DNA of 64,000 nt, taken from Vicugna vicugna (Eukaryota). Shown piece by piece: positions 63,446 through 64,000 of this stretch (position 1 is its first letter; every line of letters begins with the position of its first letter). The notes beneath the pieces are model-generated. The model ran no database searches and had not been told where the DNA came from. It saw only the letters and a list, made by a program, of their open reading frames with translations. A program made the position numbers and the translations under genes. The stretch lies in contig MU058198.1 in NCBI GenBank assembly GCA_013265495.1, forward strand, positions 4,789,779 to 4,853,778, read 5' to 3'.

Positions 63446-64000
63446 CAGCTTACCCGGCAGTTCCCTCTGCAGTCTTCAGCCCTGGCTCTCAGGCTCGGTG
63501 AAGCAACCTCTTGCTATTTGGTGCAGGCAGGACCAGGCATCCTCCTGCTCGTGATGGGGGCCCTTTAGTGGCCAGCGATCTTGGCATGTTTATCCAATGT
63601 TCGCCTCTCACTATCGTTCTCCATTTGCGATGCTCTGAAATCTGTGGCAGCCTCCTTGAGATGCAGGTGTTCAGCAGGTGGTACCGCTCAAAGCTTTATC
63701 CCTCCGTTCTGCCACCCCTGCCCTCCTTTGGAAAGGATTTGAAAAGGAAATCTTGACTTTCAGATTGATTTTTAAATAAGGACATATTTAACTGCTGGGA
63801 TTTGAAGTGCAGGCTGGATTATATTCTTTCAACAAGCAAACAATATTCTAATTGATGCCACTCCTGATAGTGAAAGGGGCTGTCTAGGGTAATTCCTCAC
63901 CAGCCTGAGGACAGACCTGATGTTCACAAGGTTGTTGACAACAGTCGGGGGGTGGGGAGAAGATGGCAAATGCAGTCATGGGTGGAGTTCTTCCTCCTCT

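Larger units (their letters stand above)
1..64000 (+). other. Non-coding mammalian (probable camelid) DNA, likely inside a large intron of a plus-strand gene
   Basis: Dense MIR/L2/L1/MaLR repeats and vic-1-type SINEs; no recognisable coding exon; most L1 and LTR copies are on the minus strand; T-runs are frequent on the plus strand. The strand assignment is inference. Confidence 0.55.

Overview
Mammalian non-coding genomic DNA, very probably camelid (camel/alpaca/llama). Two tRNA-Ala-derived SINEs of vic-1 type and artiodactyl-type L1 3' ends support that assignment. I found no host protein-coding exon, functional RNA gene or CRISPR/prokaryotic feature. The only ORFs in the track with recognisable protein similarity are L1 ORF2 C-terminal remnants, and a decayed Charlie8 transposase start can be read across frameshifts. 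Much of the window is interspersed repeats (MIR, L2, L3/CR1, L1, MaLR/ERVL LTRs, hAT-type MERs), with repeat-poor islands that look like enhancers. Most L1 and LTR copies lie on the minus strand, which suggests a large intron of a plus-strand gene that I cannot name. The most notable observations are: (1) an unexplained 62-bp inverted repeat pair about 1 kb apart that pairs better as plus-strand RNA; (2) two convergent CTCF motifs bracketing about 52 kb; (3) motif-dense candidate enhancers at 41.9-42.9 kb and 46.1-47.4 kb; (4) a three-layer L2/L1/L1 nest with intact TSDs; (5) 5'-inverted and possibly 3'-transducing L1 insertions; (6) a duplicated DR1 motif. I see no convincing evidence of a new multi-component biological system. 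Repeat family names come from remembered consensus sequences, and boundaries without TSDs are approximate.
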